Position numbers and translations under genes: made by a program. Shown here one piece after another: positions 37,896-46,821 of a DNA stretch of 64,000 nucleotides (position 1 is the stretch's first letter; each line of letters opens with the position of its first letter). Below the pieces are notes generated by a model. It did no database searches. It was not told the DNA's origin and worked only from the letters and a program-made list of their open reading frames with translations. Source of the stretch: a virus; IMG/VR virus record IMGVR_UViG_3300036771_000101, positions 21,023 to 85,022 of that record. One strand, written 5' to 3'.

Positions 37896-38561
37896 TCACT
37901 TTTCGAAGACGATGATCGCTTCGGTTGGGACTCTGGCCTCTCGGTTCTCCCCGTGGCGGAGCCGAGGAGTCGGGATCTCAAACGACTGTGTCACCGTGAA
38001 CCCGATCTCCTGGCACAAGATCCGGTGGCGAGCCACCACCGGGAACACCTTCTTGCTGCGGATGCAGTCCGACACGTTCAACACGAACACCGCGTTCGGT
38101 TTGAGGGTCCGCCACACCTCCCGCCACGCCGCTTCGTGAAGCTTCCAGTAGGCCGGGTTCCAGGCGTACAATCTTCCGGCGTTTTGGGGGTGCAGCTGGT
38201 GGGCAGTGTCCCCGACAGTTCGTTGGAGGTCGTGTGTGTACGATCGGCGTAAGGAGCCATCGCGGGCATGGTGACTGTCGGACATCCTGTTGCCGTACAC
38301 GGGGCTGGTGAATGCCCCATCGAAGATTTCGTCACGGAATGGCAGATGACGGGCGTTCCCAACGATCGTGCTACGGCGGGCGGAGGCCCACGGGAACTCG
38401 ATCTCGACACCGACGGTGAACCGGAGCGAGTGATTGAGCTCGTGGATCCTCCCCACACCAGCGAAGCAATCCAAAATGAGTCCATGCGGAACCAGATGCT
38501 TTTTGACTACGAATTCTAAGATTCCGTCGGAGAAGGTGGCGGGGTGGTAGCGCCGCGTCAT
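37896..38561 (-). CDS. DNA methyltransferase (amino-MTase, m4C/m6A-like)
   Basis: HPATFS, SAM motif ILDCFAGVG, GVEIE, catalytic TSPVY (SPPY-like), EVWRTLKPNAVFVLNVSD. Confidence 0.8.
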   Translation of the reverse strand: MTRRYHPATFSDGILEFVVKKHLVPHGLILDCFAGVGRIHELNHSLRFTVGVEIEFPWASARRSTIVGNARHLPFRDEIFDGAFTSPVYGNRMSDSHHARDGSLRRSYTHDLQRTVGDTAHQLHPQNAGRLYAWNPAYWKLHEAAWREVWRTLKPNAVFVLNVSDCIRSKKVFPVVARHRILCQEIGFTVTQSFEIPTPRLRHGENREARVPTEAIIVFEK

Positions 38562-39049
38562 GCGTGTCCCCAGCGAGCGAGGCTTGCGTTGCGGGCACGC
38601 TTTTCTTCGAACTCTGGCCGGTGCTCATTCATGTGTTCTGCTCGGGTCAGGAGATGCAGGTTCGTAATGGAGTCGTCCAGGGTGTCGCGGCTGATGTGAT
38701 GCACCAAAAAGCCCGATGGGATCGGACCGTGGGCTTGCTCCCAGACCAGTTGGGACCGCAGCTTCCAAACGTTGGGTTCAGCTGTCTTCACCCAGACGCG
38801 AGGACCGTCGTCTCGCTTGGGTCGGAACCGGGTTTGTTCGCTGCCCACTGGGAGTCGATTGTGAGCGGGTTGGCCTTGGGTGAAGCTCCCGGTGTTGGGC
38901 TTGGCGTCGGAGAAGTAGCAGGCGCGGGAGCAGTAGACCTCGTGTGTGCGTTTGACGGGAGTACCGCAGACTCGACAAAGCCGCCGCGGTTTACGAGGCG
39001 GCGCCATTGCTCCATGCGGGACGTTGCGGGCGCGTTTTGGCGAGCTCAT
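38558..39049 (-). CDS. HNH homing endonuclease with N-terminal zinc motif
   Basis: CRVCG...YCSRAC; VWEQAHGPIPSGFLVHHISRDTLDDSITNLHLLTRAEHMNEH. Confidence 0.85.
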   Translation of the reverse strand: MSSPKRARNVPHGAMAPPRKPRRLCRVCGTPVKRTHEVYCSRACYFSDAKPNTGSFTQGQPAHNRLPVGSEQTRFRPKRDDGPRVWVKTAEPNVWKLRSQLVWEQAHGPIPSGFLVHHISRDTLDDSITNLHLLTRAEHMNEHRPEFEEKRARNASLARWGHA

Positions 39050-39227
39050 CCAACGCGGCGCTGATCGGCTTCCGGAGGCAAGGGGTGCACCACCAGTCCT
39101 TCACCTCTGGTTCCTGCCGAGCGAACAGGTCATGCTCATCCTGGAGCCCACACCCTGGGCAGACCTTCACCGAACCTCCCGCCGGATCGTCAAGAACTCG
39201 CGGTCCAACACCACCCAGCCATGCAGA

Positions 39228-39926
39228 TCATCTCGGTTTATCTCTTCGACGTGGCCGAGACACGCTGACAGCACGACCACCCCGTTCCAGATCAGAGGGC
39301 TTGTCGCTTCCTTTCTGCACAGGAACACTGGACACAGCAGCACGTTGAACTCTTCTCGCTACGATCTCATCGATCTTCGTAGCGAGGATCTCATAGACCC
39401 GGTCTTCCATGCAGGTGAGTTTCAGGTCGAGTCCGTCCCCCACGGTCGTTCCGAGTAATGCTCGGATGGTGCTGATCAGCCGTCGGATCTCTTCCGTGTC
39501 GAGTGCGCTTTCGGCGGGGAGTGTGCAGGATGGCTGGCCGATGCCGGGTGCTCGAAGGAACGACTGCCGGTGTTTCTTCGATGCTTCGTAGTATCCCCGT
39601 TGGACAACGCGGGCGTCGGTGAGTGCTTCCAGGATCTTTTCGTACTGCTCCCAGGTCATCTCTTTGTCGATGTACAGATGGAAGTGGCCGGGGGTGCGCG
39701 ACGGGTACAGCTTGCAGGGGAGATCGATGTCGATGGCGGGTGCGTGCATCCCGTTTGGCAGTGATGATCCGATCAGGTTGTACTGGTACGGCTTGTCGCC
39801 GGGCGCGACGGGGGCGCGGTTGCTGTAGCCGTCGCCTGTGTCGAGGTTGGCGAGGTACCAGTGGGTGCGTTGCAGGAGGGGATGTTCAGTGAAGTGGATG
39901 GTAGCCATCTCTTCCATCATTCCCAT
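39228..39926 (-). CDS. Phage protein with AEP/prim-pol-like DxD and HxHLY motifs
   Basis: HAPAIDIDLP...PSRTPGHFHLYID. Confidence 0.5.
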   Translation of the reverse strand: MGMMEEMATIHFTEHPLLQRTHWYLANLDTGDGYSNRAPVAPGDKPYQYNLIGSSLPNGMHAPAIDIDLPCKLYPSRTPGHFHLYIDKEMTWEQYEKILEALTDARVVQRGYYEASKKHRQSFLRAPGIGQPSCTLPAESALDTEEIRRLISTIRALLGTTVGDGLDLKLTCMEDRVYEILATKIDEIVARRVQRAAVSSVPVQKGSDKPSDLERGGRAVSVSRPRRRDKPR

Positions 39927-40100
39927 TGTTCGAACGATTGTTAGCTCTGACGCTTAGGCCCCTATGGTTATTGCCAGCCTTTGTGCATTGAGGAGCAATG
40001 CTCTGACCTGCACTTTTACGATTCGGTGGAGTTGCTCCGAGAGGGAAAGCGGCCCGTACTCCCCCTTGAAGGTTGAAACAATAACTCCGCCGTTAACGCG

Positions 40101-40373
40101 TTATGAGCGTGGGAGCTCGAACAGCCAGTGCTGACCGGAGAACTGGATCGGTTCGGGCTCCCATCGCACGGGTTGGGAACGGACGATCTCGACCGTTGCG
40201 CCGTACCGTTCGAAGATCTGAGCTCGGCGTTGAGCGCCCGTGAGGCTCAGGTAGGCCCGGTTCATCGGCCAGTGGAACGGGACCATCATCCCGTCCTCTT
40301 CCCAGTGGGTGAGATCAGGTTCGTCAGGCAGGGTCACGATCAGGCGAAACACTCGACGGTCTCGTTCTTTCAT
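40101..40373 (-). CDS. Hypothetical protein
   Basis: ATGA-coupled; RAYLSLTGAQRRAQIFERYGATVEIVRS. Confidence 0.6.
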   Translation of the reverse strand: MKERDRRVFRLIVTLPDEPDLTHWEEDGMMVPFHWPMNRAYLSLTGAQRRAQIFERYGATVEIVRSQPVRWEPEPIQFSGQHWLFELPRS

Positions 40374-41116
40374 CGGCGTCCTCCACCAAACGAACGACCT
40401 CCACCTCCGAACCCGCCAGAGTGACCGCCACCAAAACCGCCACCACCGCGGCTGCCCCCACCAAAGCCACCGGAATGACCACCGCTAGATCCACCGACAT
40501 GCGACCCTCCACTACGAGAGCCTCCACCGTAGCCCTTCCCACCCGACGGAGCCTTCGGGGTCGACGGAGCCTTCGGGGTCGGGGTACTCTGAGCGGGAGG
40601 GGAAACGGACTTCGGGCCGGGGACACTCGGAGTCGCGGGTTCGGGGGTGGCACCACGTGCGCCGCCCCCGAATTTCGTTCCTGGCGCACCGAACCGAGCC
40701 CCACCCCCGTATTTCGCAGCGCCGATCTTCGACGCGGGGACGGTTTTCCCGTTCGATCCGAGGTAGGTCGCTTCCCGGGTGGCGGTAGCGATCGCCGACT
40801 TGTTGGTGGATCCCCACGACCGTTCCGAGTTGACGTAGACGGTGCGGGAAGCCCGAGGGACGTACACGCTGTAATACGCGGGGCTGCTGTAGTAGGGGTA
40901 GTAACGCTGATGCCAGTACCCAGGCATCAAGGTCGGCGCCCAGCCTGGTTGGCACAGACCGGCGGCTTGCAGAGCGACCGCTTCCGCGGGGCTGTTGATG
41001 TAGTAGCACTGGTTGTTCTCGCCGTAGGCGATCGGCCGGTACGCCAATCTGCTGCCTCCGCCGCCGCAGGCGACGAGACCCAACACCATCGTGAGAGCGA
41101 CGAGAACACGTTTCAT
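40370..41116 (-). CDS. Lipoprotein with Gly-rich C-terminal tail
   Basis: AAGGAG SD; MKRVLVALTMVLGLVA-C lipobox; ends GGFGGGSRGGGGFGGG...GGRR. Confidence 0.75.
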   Translation of the reverse strand: MKRVLVALTMVLGLVACGGGGSRLAYRPIAYGENNQCYYINSPAEAVALQAAGLCQPGWAPTLMPGYWHQRYYPYYSSPAYYSVYVPRASRTVYVNSERSWGSTNKSAIATATREATYLGSNGKTVPASKIGAAKYGGGARFGAPGTKFGGGARGATPEPATPSVPGPKSVSPPAQSTPTPKAPSTPKAPSGGKGYGGGSRSGGSHVGGSSGGHSGGFGGGSRGGGGFGGGHSGGFGGGGRSFGGGRR

Positions 41117-41256
41117 GGTTTCTCCTTCGGCCATCGCCATTGGATGTAGAGCTTGCCGCGGCGCCACTGCCACTTCAGGAGCTTCTTCAGTTCCGGCTGG
41201 TGTTTCGTGATGACGGCTGGGATTAGGTAGCGGGTCGGGTACAGCTTCTCGGTCAC
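41113..41256 (-). CDS. Small basic hypothetical protein
   Basis: Coupled on both sides; MTEKLYPTRY...WRWPKEKP. Confidence 0.45.
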   Translation of the reverse strand: MTEKLYPTRYLIPAVITKHQPELKKLLKWQWRRGKLYIQWRWPKEKP

Positions 41257-41450
41257 AGCTTGTCGGCGAGGGGCATCCCTTCCGGTTCCAGGAACCGGCG
41301 GCATCCCAGTAGGTACCCTTCGGTTTCACGGAGGATCGAGTACGCCTCGTGAGATTCCGCAACGGTCATGACGTTGAACTCTGCCTTGATCTCTTCCAGT
41401 AGGGATGCGGCGGCTGACCGGATCTTGTTGGCGTTGTCGAGGGCACTCAT
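41253..41450 (-). CDS. Hypothetical protein
   Basis: MSALDNANKIRS...; ATGA coupling. Confidence 0.5.
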   Translation of the reverse strand: MSALDNANKIRSAAASLLEEIKAEFNVMTVAESHEAYSILRETEGYLLGCRRFLEPEGMPLADKL

Positions 41451-41650
41451 CTGCGCAACATCCGTTGAACGGAAGCGTTTTCGTAGTCCTGACAGGGTTG
41501 ACACACGTCCCATTTCTTTCCGTCCTCTGGGTCTACAGCCAGTTCGTCCTGGGTGACCCGTTCGAAGCAGATGCAGCACATGACTTTCCCGTCGGGGCAC
41601 ACCGGACCGGCGTGGCGTTGCCCGCAGCACAACCTGACCGGGTCGATCAT
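41447..41650 (-). CDS. Cys-rich zinc-finger-like protein
   Basis: CCGQRH...CPDG.VMCCICF...DVCQPC. Confidence 0.6.
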   Translation of the reverse strand: MIDPVRLCCGQRHAGPVCPDGKVMCCICFERVTQDELAVDPEDGKKWDVCQPCQDYENASVQRMLRR

Positions 41651-42261
41651 TCGCTCGTCCACCCTTCGCGTTTGTCCCACTGGTTCAACTCATCGAGTTC
41701 CTCCGGGGACAGATCCTCCCGTGCTTCGGCTCTCATCTTCCGGGCGGCGAGCGCGTCGAGGAACTGCTGATTGAACTTGTGCTTGTCAAACGGAGTGAGG
41801 GTGCCGTCGCGGTCGAGGTACTGCCAGATCCGTGTTCTTCTGCCGACGAACACCAACGTCCAAGTCGGTACGCGGTGGAGGTGGCTGATCCAGTGCATGG
41901 CGTCGAATGGCATGACGTTGAGACGGCGCACCTTGTGGGGGTAGGCGTACATCCAGTTCTGCGGGCCGGGTTTCGTGTGGGTGTCGCGGCGCATCTCGTC
42001 GTACCCGCCGCGTAGCACCACGGCGGTGAACGGCCATGGATGGTCGTGGAGGGTGGGTCGCGGGTCGGGTGTTTCAAGTTTGTGGAGGTACACCCCGAAC
42101 AGTGGTGTCTGGATGATCCGCAGCCGGGTCAGATAGTTGTCGTCGGTTTCGGGGTGGGCGTAGTCCGGAACGACGAACCGTTCCATGAACGCCCAGTCAG
42201 GAGAGCGACGATTCGCCAGCTGCACCTTGTTCTGCTTGGGGACTCGCGGTCGGAGTCTCAT
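41647..42261 (-). CDS. Cupin-fold phage protein
   Basis: YLHKL...D...LHDHPWPFTAVVLRGGYDE...HWI...WTLVFVG. Confidence 0.7.
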   Translation of the reverse strand: MRLRPRVPKQNKVQLANRRSPDWAFMERFVVPDYAHPETDDNYLTRLRIIQTPLFGVYLHKLETPDPRPTLHDHPWPFTAVVLRGGYDEMRRDTHTKPGPQNWMYAYPHKVRRLNVMPFDAMHWISHLHRVPTWTLVFVGRRTRIWQYLDRDGTLTPFDKHKFNQQFLDALAARKMRAEAREDLSPEELDELNQWDKREGWTSE

Positions 42262-42409
42262 GTTTCACCCCCCAACACCCGGGGCACGGCACGTCGACGC
42301 GTCGTTTGGATGCGCTGACGCAGTCGCACTGTTCGATGATCCGTTTGTGGTAGGAGCAGACAATCATGTAGCACTGACCGCAGGTCGGGAGTCGCGGTTC
42401 GTCGCTCAT
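42197..42409 (-). CDS. Small Cys-rich hypothetical protein
   Basis: CGQC...CSYH...CDC...CPGC. Confidence 0.45.
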   Translation of the reverse strand: MSDEPRLPTCGQCYMIVCSYHKRIIEQCDCVSASKRRVDVPCPGCWGVKHETPTASPQAEQGAAGESSLS

Positions 42410-42612
42410 TGCTGCTCGTTGTTGCGTGCGATCCAGGCGAGAAGCCCGTCGCCGATGGCCTTCGCTCTGGTCGAGTCGAAGATGCCCGCTTTCTCGGGGA
42501 ACTCCCAGCAGACGCTCGCGGCTCCGAGTGCTTGAAAGACGGCTGAGGCCAGGTCTTCGGCGTCCTCGAAGTCGTACGGTCCTGCTACATCTTCGGCGGG
42601 TTGTGCATCCAT
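42406..42612 (-). CDS. Small hypothetical phage protein
   Basis: AVFQALGAASVCWE...GIFDSTRA. Confidence 0.6.
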   Translation of the reverse strand: MDAQPAEDVAGPYDFEDAEDLASAVFQALGAASVCWEFPEKAGIFDSTRAKAIGDGLLAWIARNNEQQ

Positions 42613-42613
42613 G

Positions 42614-42895
42614 TCAGTATTCCGCAACGGTCGTGCGGTCAGGATCGTCGGCGAAGGTTGCATAGGTGTCGACCGCGGCGAGTTTCCCTTCGAACACGGC
42701 ACACACCCACAGCACCCCACCCTTCTCGTTCGCGGTCAGCTGCACAAGATCCTCTGCTTGTCGTGGCGACGCGGCGGAGACGTGCTCCATGTACCGCTCC
42801 TTCGTCTCCGGCCACACACCGCACACCGTGTAGTAGTTCTGGAGTTCCTCGATCTTGTTCAATGCCGCGTCGATCGGGTCACCGTCCACCGCCAC
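42614..42895 (-). CDS. Hypothetical protein
   Basis: AGGAGG SD; 93 aa. Confidence 0.6.
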   Translation of the reverse strand: MAVDGDPIDAALNKIEELQNYYTVCGVWPETKERYMEHVSAASPRQAEDLVQLTANEKGGVLWVCAVFEGKLAAVDTYATFADDPDRTTVAEY

Positions 42896-43091
42896 GACCT
42901 CCTTCCACTATGCACAACGTGCGTAGTGATTGATCAGTGAGCGTTCCGCACGCCCGGATCTTCTCCACCTTCAAGTCGTGTGCGTGTTCGTTGTTGCTAT
43001 GAGCGTTTTCATACAGCAGGTTCATCATCAGGAACAACGAGATGATCCCGATCACACCGGTGATCGTCCACCCGATCCATTCCTTGTTCAC
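42879..43091 (-). CDS. Small membrane protein
   Basis: N-terminal TM helix WIGWTITGVIGIISLFLMM. Confidence 0.55.
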   Translation of the reverse strand: MNKEWIGWTITGVIGIISLFLMMNLLYENAHSNNEHAHDLKVEKIRACGTLTDQSLRTLCIVEGGRGGGR

Positions 43092-43438
43092 AGATCACTC
43101 GGTTCGCCGAGCTCCCTACTCCACTGCTGCAACTCCAGCGCAGCTGCAGTCAGTTTCTTCTTCGACGGCTTCTTCGCTGGGATCTCTGGTTCTGCCGCGA
43201 CGTTCTGCGGCGGGGTGCACTTCTGGCAGTACGACAGTTGCCGTTGCAACACGGCGATCTCGACGGAGAGTTCTTCTTCTCGTCTCCGAGCCTTGATCAG
43301 CTGATGCTCACGCTTCTTGCATTCGTTCGCCCAGTAGAAAGCGAGCCCCGCCGCGAGCACGAACAGCGTGATGACGTAGATGAGCGTCGCCGGGTTCGCT
43401 CCGATCTGGTTCATAGGCCAGCGAACCTCACAGACCAC
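43088..43438 (-). CDS. Membrane-anchored coiled-coil protein
   Basis: TM segment LIYVITLFVLAAGLAFYW followed by a coiled coil and CQKC. Confidence 0.6.
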   Translation of the reverse strand: MVCEVRWPMNQIGANPATLIYVITLFVLAAGLAFYWANECKKREHQLIKARRREEELSVEIAVLQRQLSYCQKCTPPQNVAAEPEIPAKKPSKKKLTAAALELQQWSRELGEPSDL

Positions 43439-43691
43439 GCCGCATCTCTTTGAGATCAGCGAGGATCACCTCAGCGCTGCCGTCCACCATGTCATCGGCG
43501 ATCTCAACGAGAGCCTCAGCCAGCGGTTCGAACACCCGTTTCGGGAGGCGAAACGTGACTTTGATCGTCGGACCCTTCACATCTCGCGGGCGACCCTTCG
43601 TGATCAAGGCGTCCATTCCCCGAACCTTCCCGGCGGTGTCGTACTGCGGAGAGAACTGCACCCACCGCGTCGTCTCCACATGATCAGCCAT
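43428..43691 (-). CDS. Hypothetical protein
   Basis: 87 aa; IKVTFRLPKRVFEP. Confidence 0.55.
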   Translation of the reverse strand: MADHVETTRWVQFSPQYDTAGKVRGMDALITKGRPRDVKGPTIKVTFRLPKRVFEPLAEALVEIADDMVDGSAEVILADLKEMRRGL

Positions 43692-43998
43692 CCATCCCCC
43701 GCTTCCGTGCTTCCTCGATCAACTCCGCCGGATACTCATACGGCACGCACCTACCGACATGTCGGTATCCCAGCCGACACGCCGCCACCCCACCCTCCGA
43801 CACGGTCGTTTCAGGACACATGTCCATCGCCTGATTCACGTCCGCCTCACACACCTTGCACGCCGCGATCCCCTGCAGCTTGAACCGCGCGTCCGCGAGC
43901 TCCTGAGTCGTTTCCCACACCCGATGAAACGAGATTTTGCCGCACCTACAGCTGATCCAGCCCTCCGCTGAGAACTTCCCATCCGCCCTACGGTTCAT
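43684..43998 (-). CDS. Cys-rich hypothetical protein
   Basis: CRCG, CKVC, CRLGYRHVGRC. Confidence 0.5.
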   Translation of the reverse strand: MNRRADGKFSAEGWISCRCGKISFHRVWETTQELADARFKLQGIAACKVCEADVNQAMDMCPETTVSEGGVAACRLGYRHVGRCVPYEYPAELIEEARKRGMDG

Positions 43999-44070
43999 GA
44001 AGTCGAGAGTAGCTCGCGGCGAATCGAGTTGTCATGGATCTGGATCTGACTCGAACGTTCGTTTCGGATC

Positions 44071-44113
44071 GCGACTTGTTACGTGATCGGAGGAGTACCG
44101 GCGACTTGTTACG
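44071..44113. repeat. 13-bp direct repeat pair in a divergent intergenic region
   Basis: GCGACTTGTTACG at 44071 and 44101 (30-bp period). Confidence 0.7.
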
Positions 44114-44122
44114 CCTGGAGGG

Positions 44123-44479
44123 TTGACGATTTGGTCGACCTTGCTCAAGCTCGCATCCATGACTTCTGAAGCAGAGAGATACCGACAGTCGTTTAGGAAG
44201 TGGGGTCGGCTTTTGCTGGCCGAGCAGTGGAATCATGGTCTCTTCGTCGGAAGCGACGGAGCTTGGTGCGGTGCGCCGTGCCGTAGGCCGGGTCCACAGA
44301 TACCACTGAAGGCGCCCCTCTTCGACCGTAGAAATTTCCGGATCCACCGGCTTGCTGCTCTGGAGACAGGTCTCCACCAGGAGTATCTGCGGCATCGAAT
44401 CGATCGGCAACGTGCACGGATAGATCGCGAGCGACTCATGGGCTCCGGTTGGTGGCGAGTTCTCGGAATGGAAGGCTGA
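44123..44479 (+). CDS. Hypothetical protein, possible degenerate DUF559/Vsr-like remnant
   Basis: C-terminus DRQRARIDRERLMGSGWWRVL resembles the D..R...L...GWRVL tail; no clear catalytic motif. Confidence 0.3.
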   Translation: MTIWSTLLKLASMTSEAERYRQSFRKWGRLLLAEQWNHGLFVGSDGAWCGAPCRRPGPQIPLKAPLFDRRNFRIHRLAALETGLHQEYLRHRIDRQRARIDRERLMGSGWWRVLGMEG

Positions 44480-44482
44480 TCG

Positions 44483-44983
44483 ATGGAACAGCAGCAACTC
44501 TGGTACGAAGCGCGCCCTCAACGACTCAACCGACGATTCTTCCGAGACACCCAAGTCGCATCCCTCCTCGAACTCAGGGTCCTCATCTGGCTCCAAACAC
44601 TCCTCACCAGCCTCTATGAACGCGATGCCTGGAACACCGGACTCCTCAACTACCCCAAAACCATGTTCAGCGACGGGCAACGCACCCACACCCCCGACAT
44701 CACCATCGATTTCGACGCTGACATGCGCACCTTCGAAGAAGCACTCCGCACCGACGGCGCTGGACTCCTCCACATCGCCGTCAAACCAGCCAACTACCCC
44801 GACCTCGAAGGAGAATTCATGCGGCTCCACGCCGTCCGTGTCACCCACCCCGAGGCCGATCTCGCCATCGTTGTCGGCGACTGGGACCCCACCGAACACG
44901 CTTATCGCTGCCGGTTCCACCACACCTGCCTCTCCAGAGCTGGCTGCGACCACTGCATCGCCGAGCTCGCCAACGCTGCCTGA
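44483..44983 (+). CDS. PD-(D/E)XK-fold protein
   Basis: ASLLELR, HTPDIT, HIAVKP (Ala in place of the usual Glu of ExK); C-terminal C/H cluster. Confidence 0.5.
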   Translation: MEQQQLWYEARPQRLNRRFFRDTQVASLLELRVLIWLQTLLTSLYERDAWNTGLLNYPKTMFSDGQRTHTPDITIDFDADMRTFEEALRTDGAGLLHIAVKPANYPDLEGEFMRLHAVRVTHPEADLAIVVGDWDPTEHAYRCRFHHTCLSRAGCDHCIAELANAA

Positions 44984-45332
44984 CTAGGTTGCAGAAAAGT
45001 GGTTGGGGTGCGCCGAAGGCGTGACCCAAAGTGGAGGGTCAAGGGAGGGAGAGCGACCCGAAGCGAAGCGAGGAGCGAACCTCCCTTGCAGTCGACAGCA
45101 ACTGCACAAGCCCGCGCCCACCCACTACCAAGGGGTAGGGACGTCATTCGATGTGTCCTGGTGTCAGAGGTTCTGGCAGCGGCCGTAAGGCTCAGGCATC
45201 CGTCTGGCTCTCCCGCCTAACCGTTCCAGCTTCTCGACGTCCAGGATTGTCCTGGCTGGTCTGGAGTGATCAGGGAGGCTTGAGCCCACGGTCTGGTCGT
45301 GATACGTTCATGCCACATCCCGAGTAGGTAGT

Positions 45333-45371
45333 GGATCCCGTCGAGTGTCGAGCTCGGCGGGATCCTTTTTT
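45333..45371 (+). terminator. Intrinsic terminator
   Basis: GGATCCCGTCGAG-loop-CTCGGCGGGATCC followed by TTTTTT. Confidence 0.85.
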
Positions 45372-45501
45372 GTCTGTGTCGGGACGGTACGCCCGTCACT
45401 ATGGGTCGTCAAGGACCCTTTTCGGACCCCCGATCGATACTATCGGAACAACGCCGAACGTGACTTTCAGCCACCTTCGGGCGTCCTTCCTGGTCGTGGC
45501 G

Positions 45502-45572
45502 TTATCCCCAACTCTTCCCCACCTTGGGGACAAGTTTTTGTCTTGACGCACTCAGCGCGAACGGCGTACACC
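45502..45572 (+). promoter_or_regulatory. Inverted operator/DnaA-box-like pair plus promoter of the replication operon
   Basis: TTATCCCCA (45502-45510) and TGGGGACAA (45525-45533); TTGACG (45543)-18 nt-TACACC. Confidence 0.45.
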
Positions 45573-45631
45573 GTGTTCTCGGACCCCAGACCCCGGTCCA
45601 GCCCCACTGGTCGCGAGGTGAAGGGAGTGAC

Positions 45632-45928
45632 GTGAACCGTGACGTCGCTCCGACAGAACAGGACCCAGGAAAACGGCGGTTAACACCCACCGAACCCATC
45701 GGTTGGGCGCTCCGCCATAAACGAGAAAGCCTCAAACTCAGCGCCCGCACCGTCTCCCTCAACGCGGGCCTGAGCGAGAGCTACGTGGGCAAGGTTGAGT
45801 CGGGTCGGATAGAACTCTCATTCCGCAACTTCGCCAAGATCTGCCAGGTGCTGAAGCTGAACAACCAAGAGATCTGCTGCTTGGTCAGGCAAGCTGCCCT
45901 GACCTCCGACGACCCCGAGGCGGCATGA
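45632..45928 (+). CDS. XRE/Cro-family HTH regulator
   Basis: IGWALRHKRESLKLSARTVSLNAGLSESYVGKVESGRIELSFRNFAKICQVL; GGGAG SD. Confidence 0.85.
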   Translation: MNRDVAPTEQDPGKRRLTPTEPIGWALRHKRESLKLSARTVSLNAGLSESYVGKVESGRIELSFRNFAKICQVLKLNNQEICCLVRQAALTSDDPEAA

Positions 45929-46821
45929 CTGTCACACCCTCTCTGCAGAATGACGTCGTGCCCACGATCGAGCTCACCAAGCGATGGTCGGCCTCCAGGC
46001 TCAAGACCTGGAGTGCCTGTCCACTGCAAGGCCACTACAAGTACGACTGTCTCCTGAAGGAGCCACAGGGCTCCAAGGCCAGCTATGGCAGTTGCCTTCA
46101 TGCAGCGCTCCACGAGTACAACCAGGGCGCCAGCATTGAAACGGCTGTTGCGATTTTCGAGGAGCTCTGGCGGAACCCGGAAAAGATCGGTCTGGCAATC
46201 GACGTGTGGAATAAGGGCTCGACATTTGGCGGGCTTCTAGAACACGGAGTCGAAGTACTTCGCCGCTACCACGACTCACTCAAGTGGGACGAACGAGACG
46301 TCATCTGTTCCGAACACCCGTTCCTCGTGCCATTCGGCGACTACGAACTCACCGGATACGTCGACCTTCTCGAACTCCGGAAGAGCGGGAACGGACGCCG
46401 ATCTCTTCGGGTGATTGACTACAAGGGCGGCAGCTGGCAACCCCGAACAGCTGAACTGTTGTTGGATATGCAATTCACCAGCTACCTATGGGCCGTAGAC
46501 CAAATCGAGTTTTGGACTGGCAACGGAACGCCAGAATTCCCAGCCATCGAAAACGGTGAAGAGCTCTACGAAGAATTGCTGAATGTGCCTCGTCGGGCTA
46601 TCTGGTACCACCTGAACGGCCCGAAGGAAGTAGACGCCGGGAAGCGCGGCGACGAGGACTTCGCCAGGATGTATCGCCTGATGCGCGAGATCAACCGTGC
46701 GGAAGCGGCACAGGTGTTCGTGCCGCGGATCGGCGACGCCTGCGGTCTCTGCGGCTTCACGAAGGAATGCGGGATCCCGGTCCTCGTCAAGGACGACGCC
46801 GACGAGGACCGGTGGCTATGA
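45925..46821 (+). CDS. Cas4/RecB-like PD-(D/E)XK exonuclease
   Basis: WSASRLKTWSACP, GSCLHAAL, GYVDL, VIDYKG, Q...Y, C-terminal CGLCGFTKEC Fe-S cysteines. Confidence 0.88.
   Translation: MTVTPSLQNDVVPTIELTKRWSASRLKTWSACPLQGHYKYDCLLKEPQGSKASYGSCLHAALHEYNQGASIETAVAIFEELWRNPEKIGLAIDVWNKGSTFGGLLEHGVEVLRRYHDSLKWDERDVICSEHPFLVPFGDYELTGYVDLLELRKSGNGRRSLRVIDYKGGSWQPRTAELLLDMQFTSYLWAVDQIEFWTGNGTPEFPAIENGEELYEELLNVPRRAIWYHLNGPKEVDAGKRGDEDFARMYRLMREINRAEAAQVFVPRIGDACGLCGFTKECGIPVLVKDDADEDRWL

Noticed and set aside
44051-44066. LexA/SOS box (TCGAACGTTCGTTTCG; similar at about 39930)
   Set aside because: Imperfect match to TCGAAC-N4-GTTCGA; not distinguishable from chance.
45925-46821. CRISPR-Cas system suggested by the Cas4-like gene
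   Set aside because: No repeat-spacer array or other cas genes were seen; the context is a standard phage recombination module.
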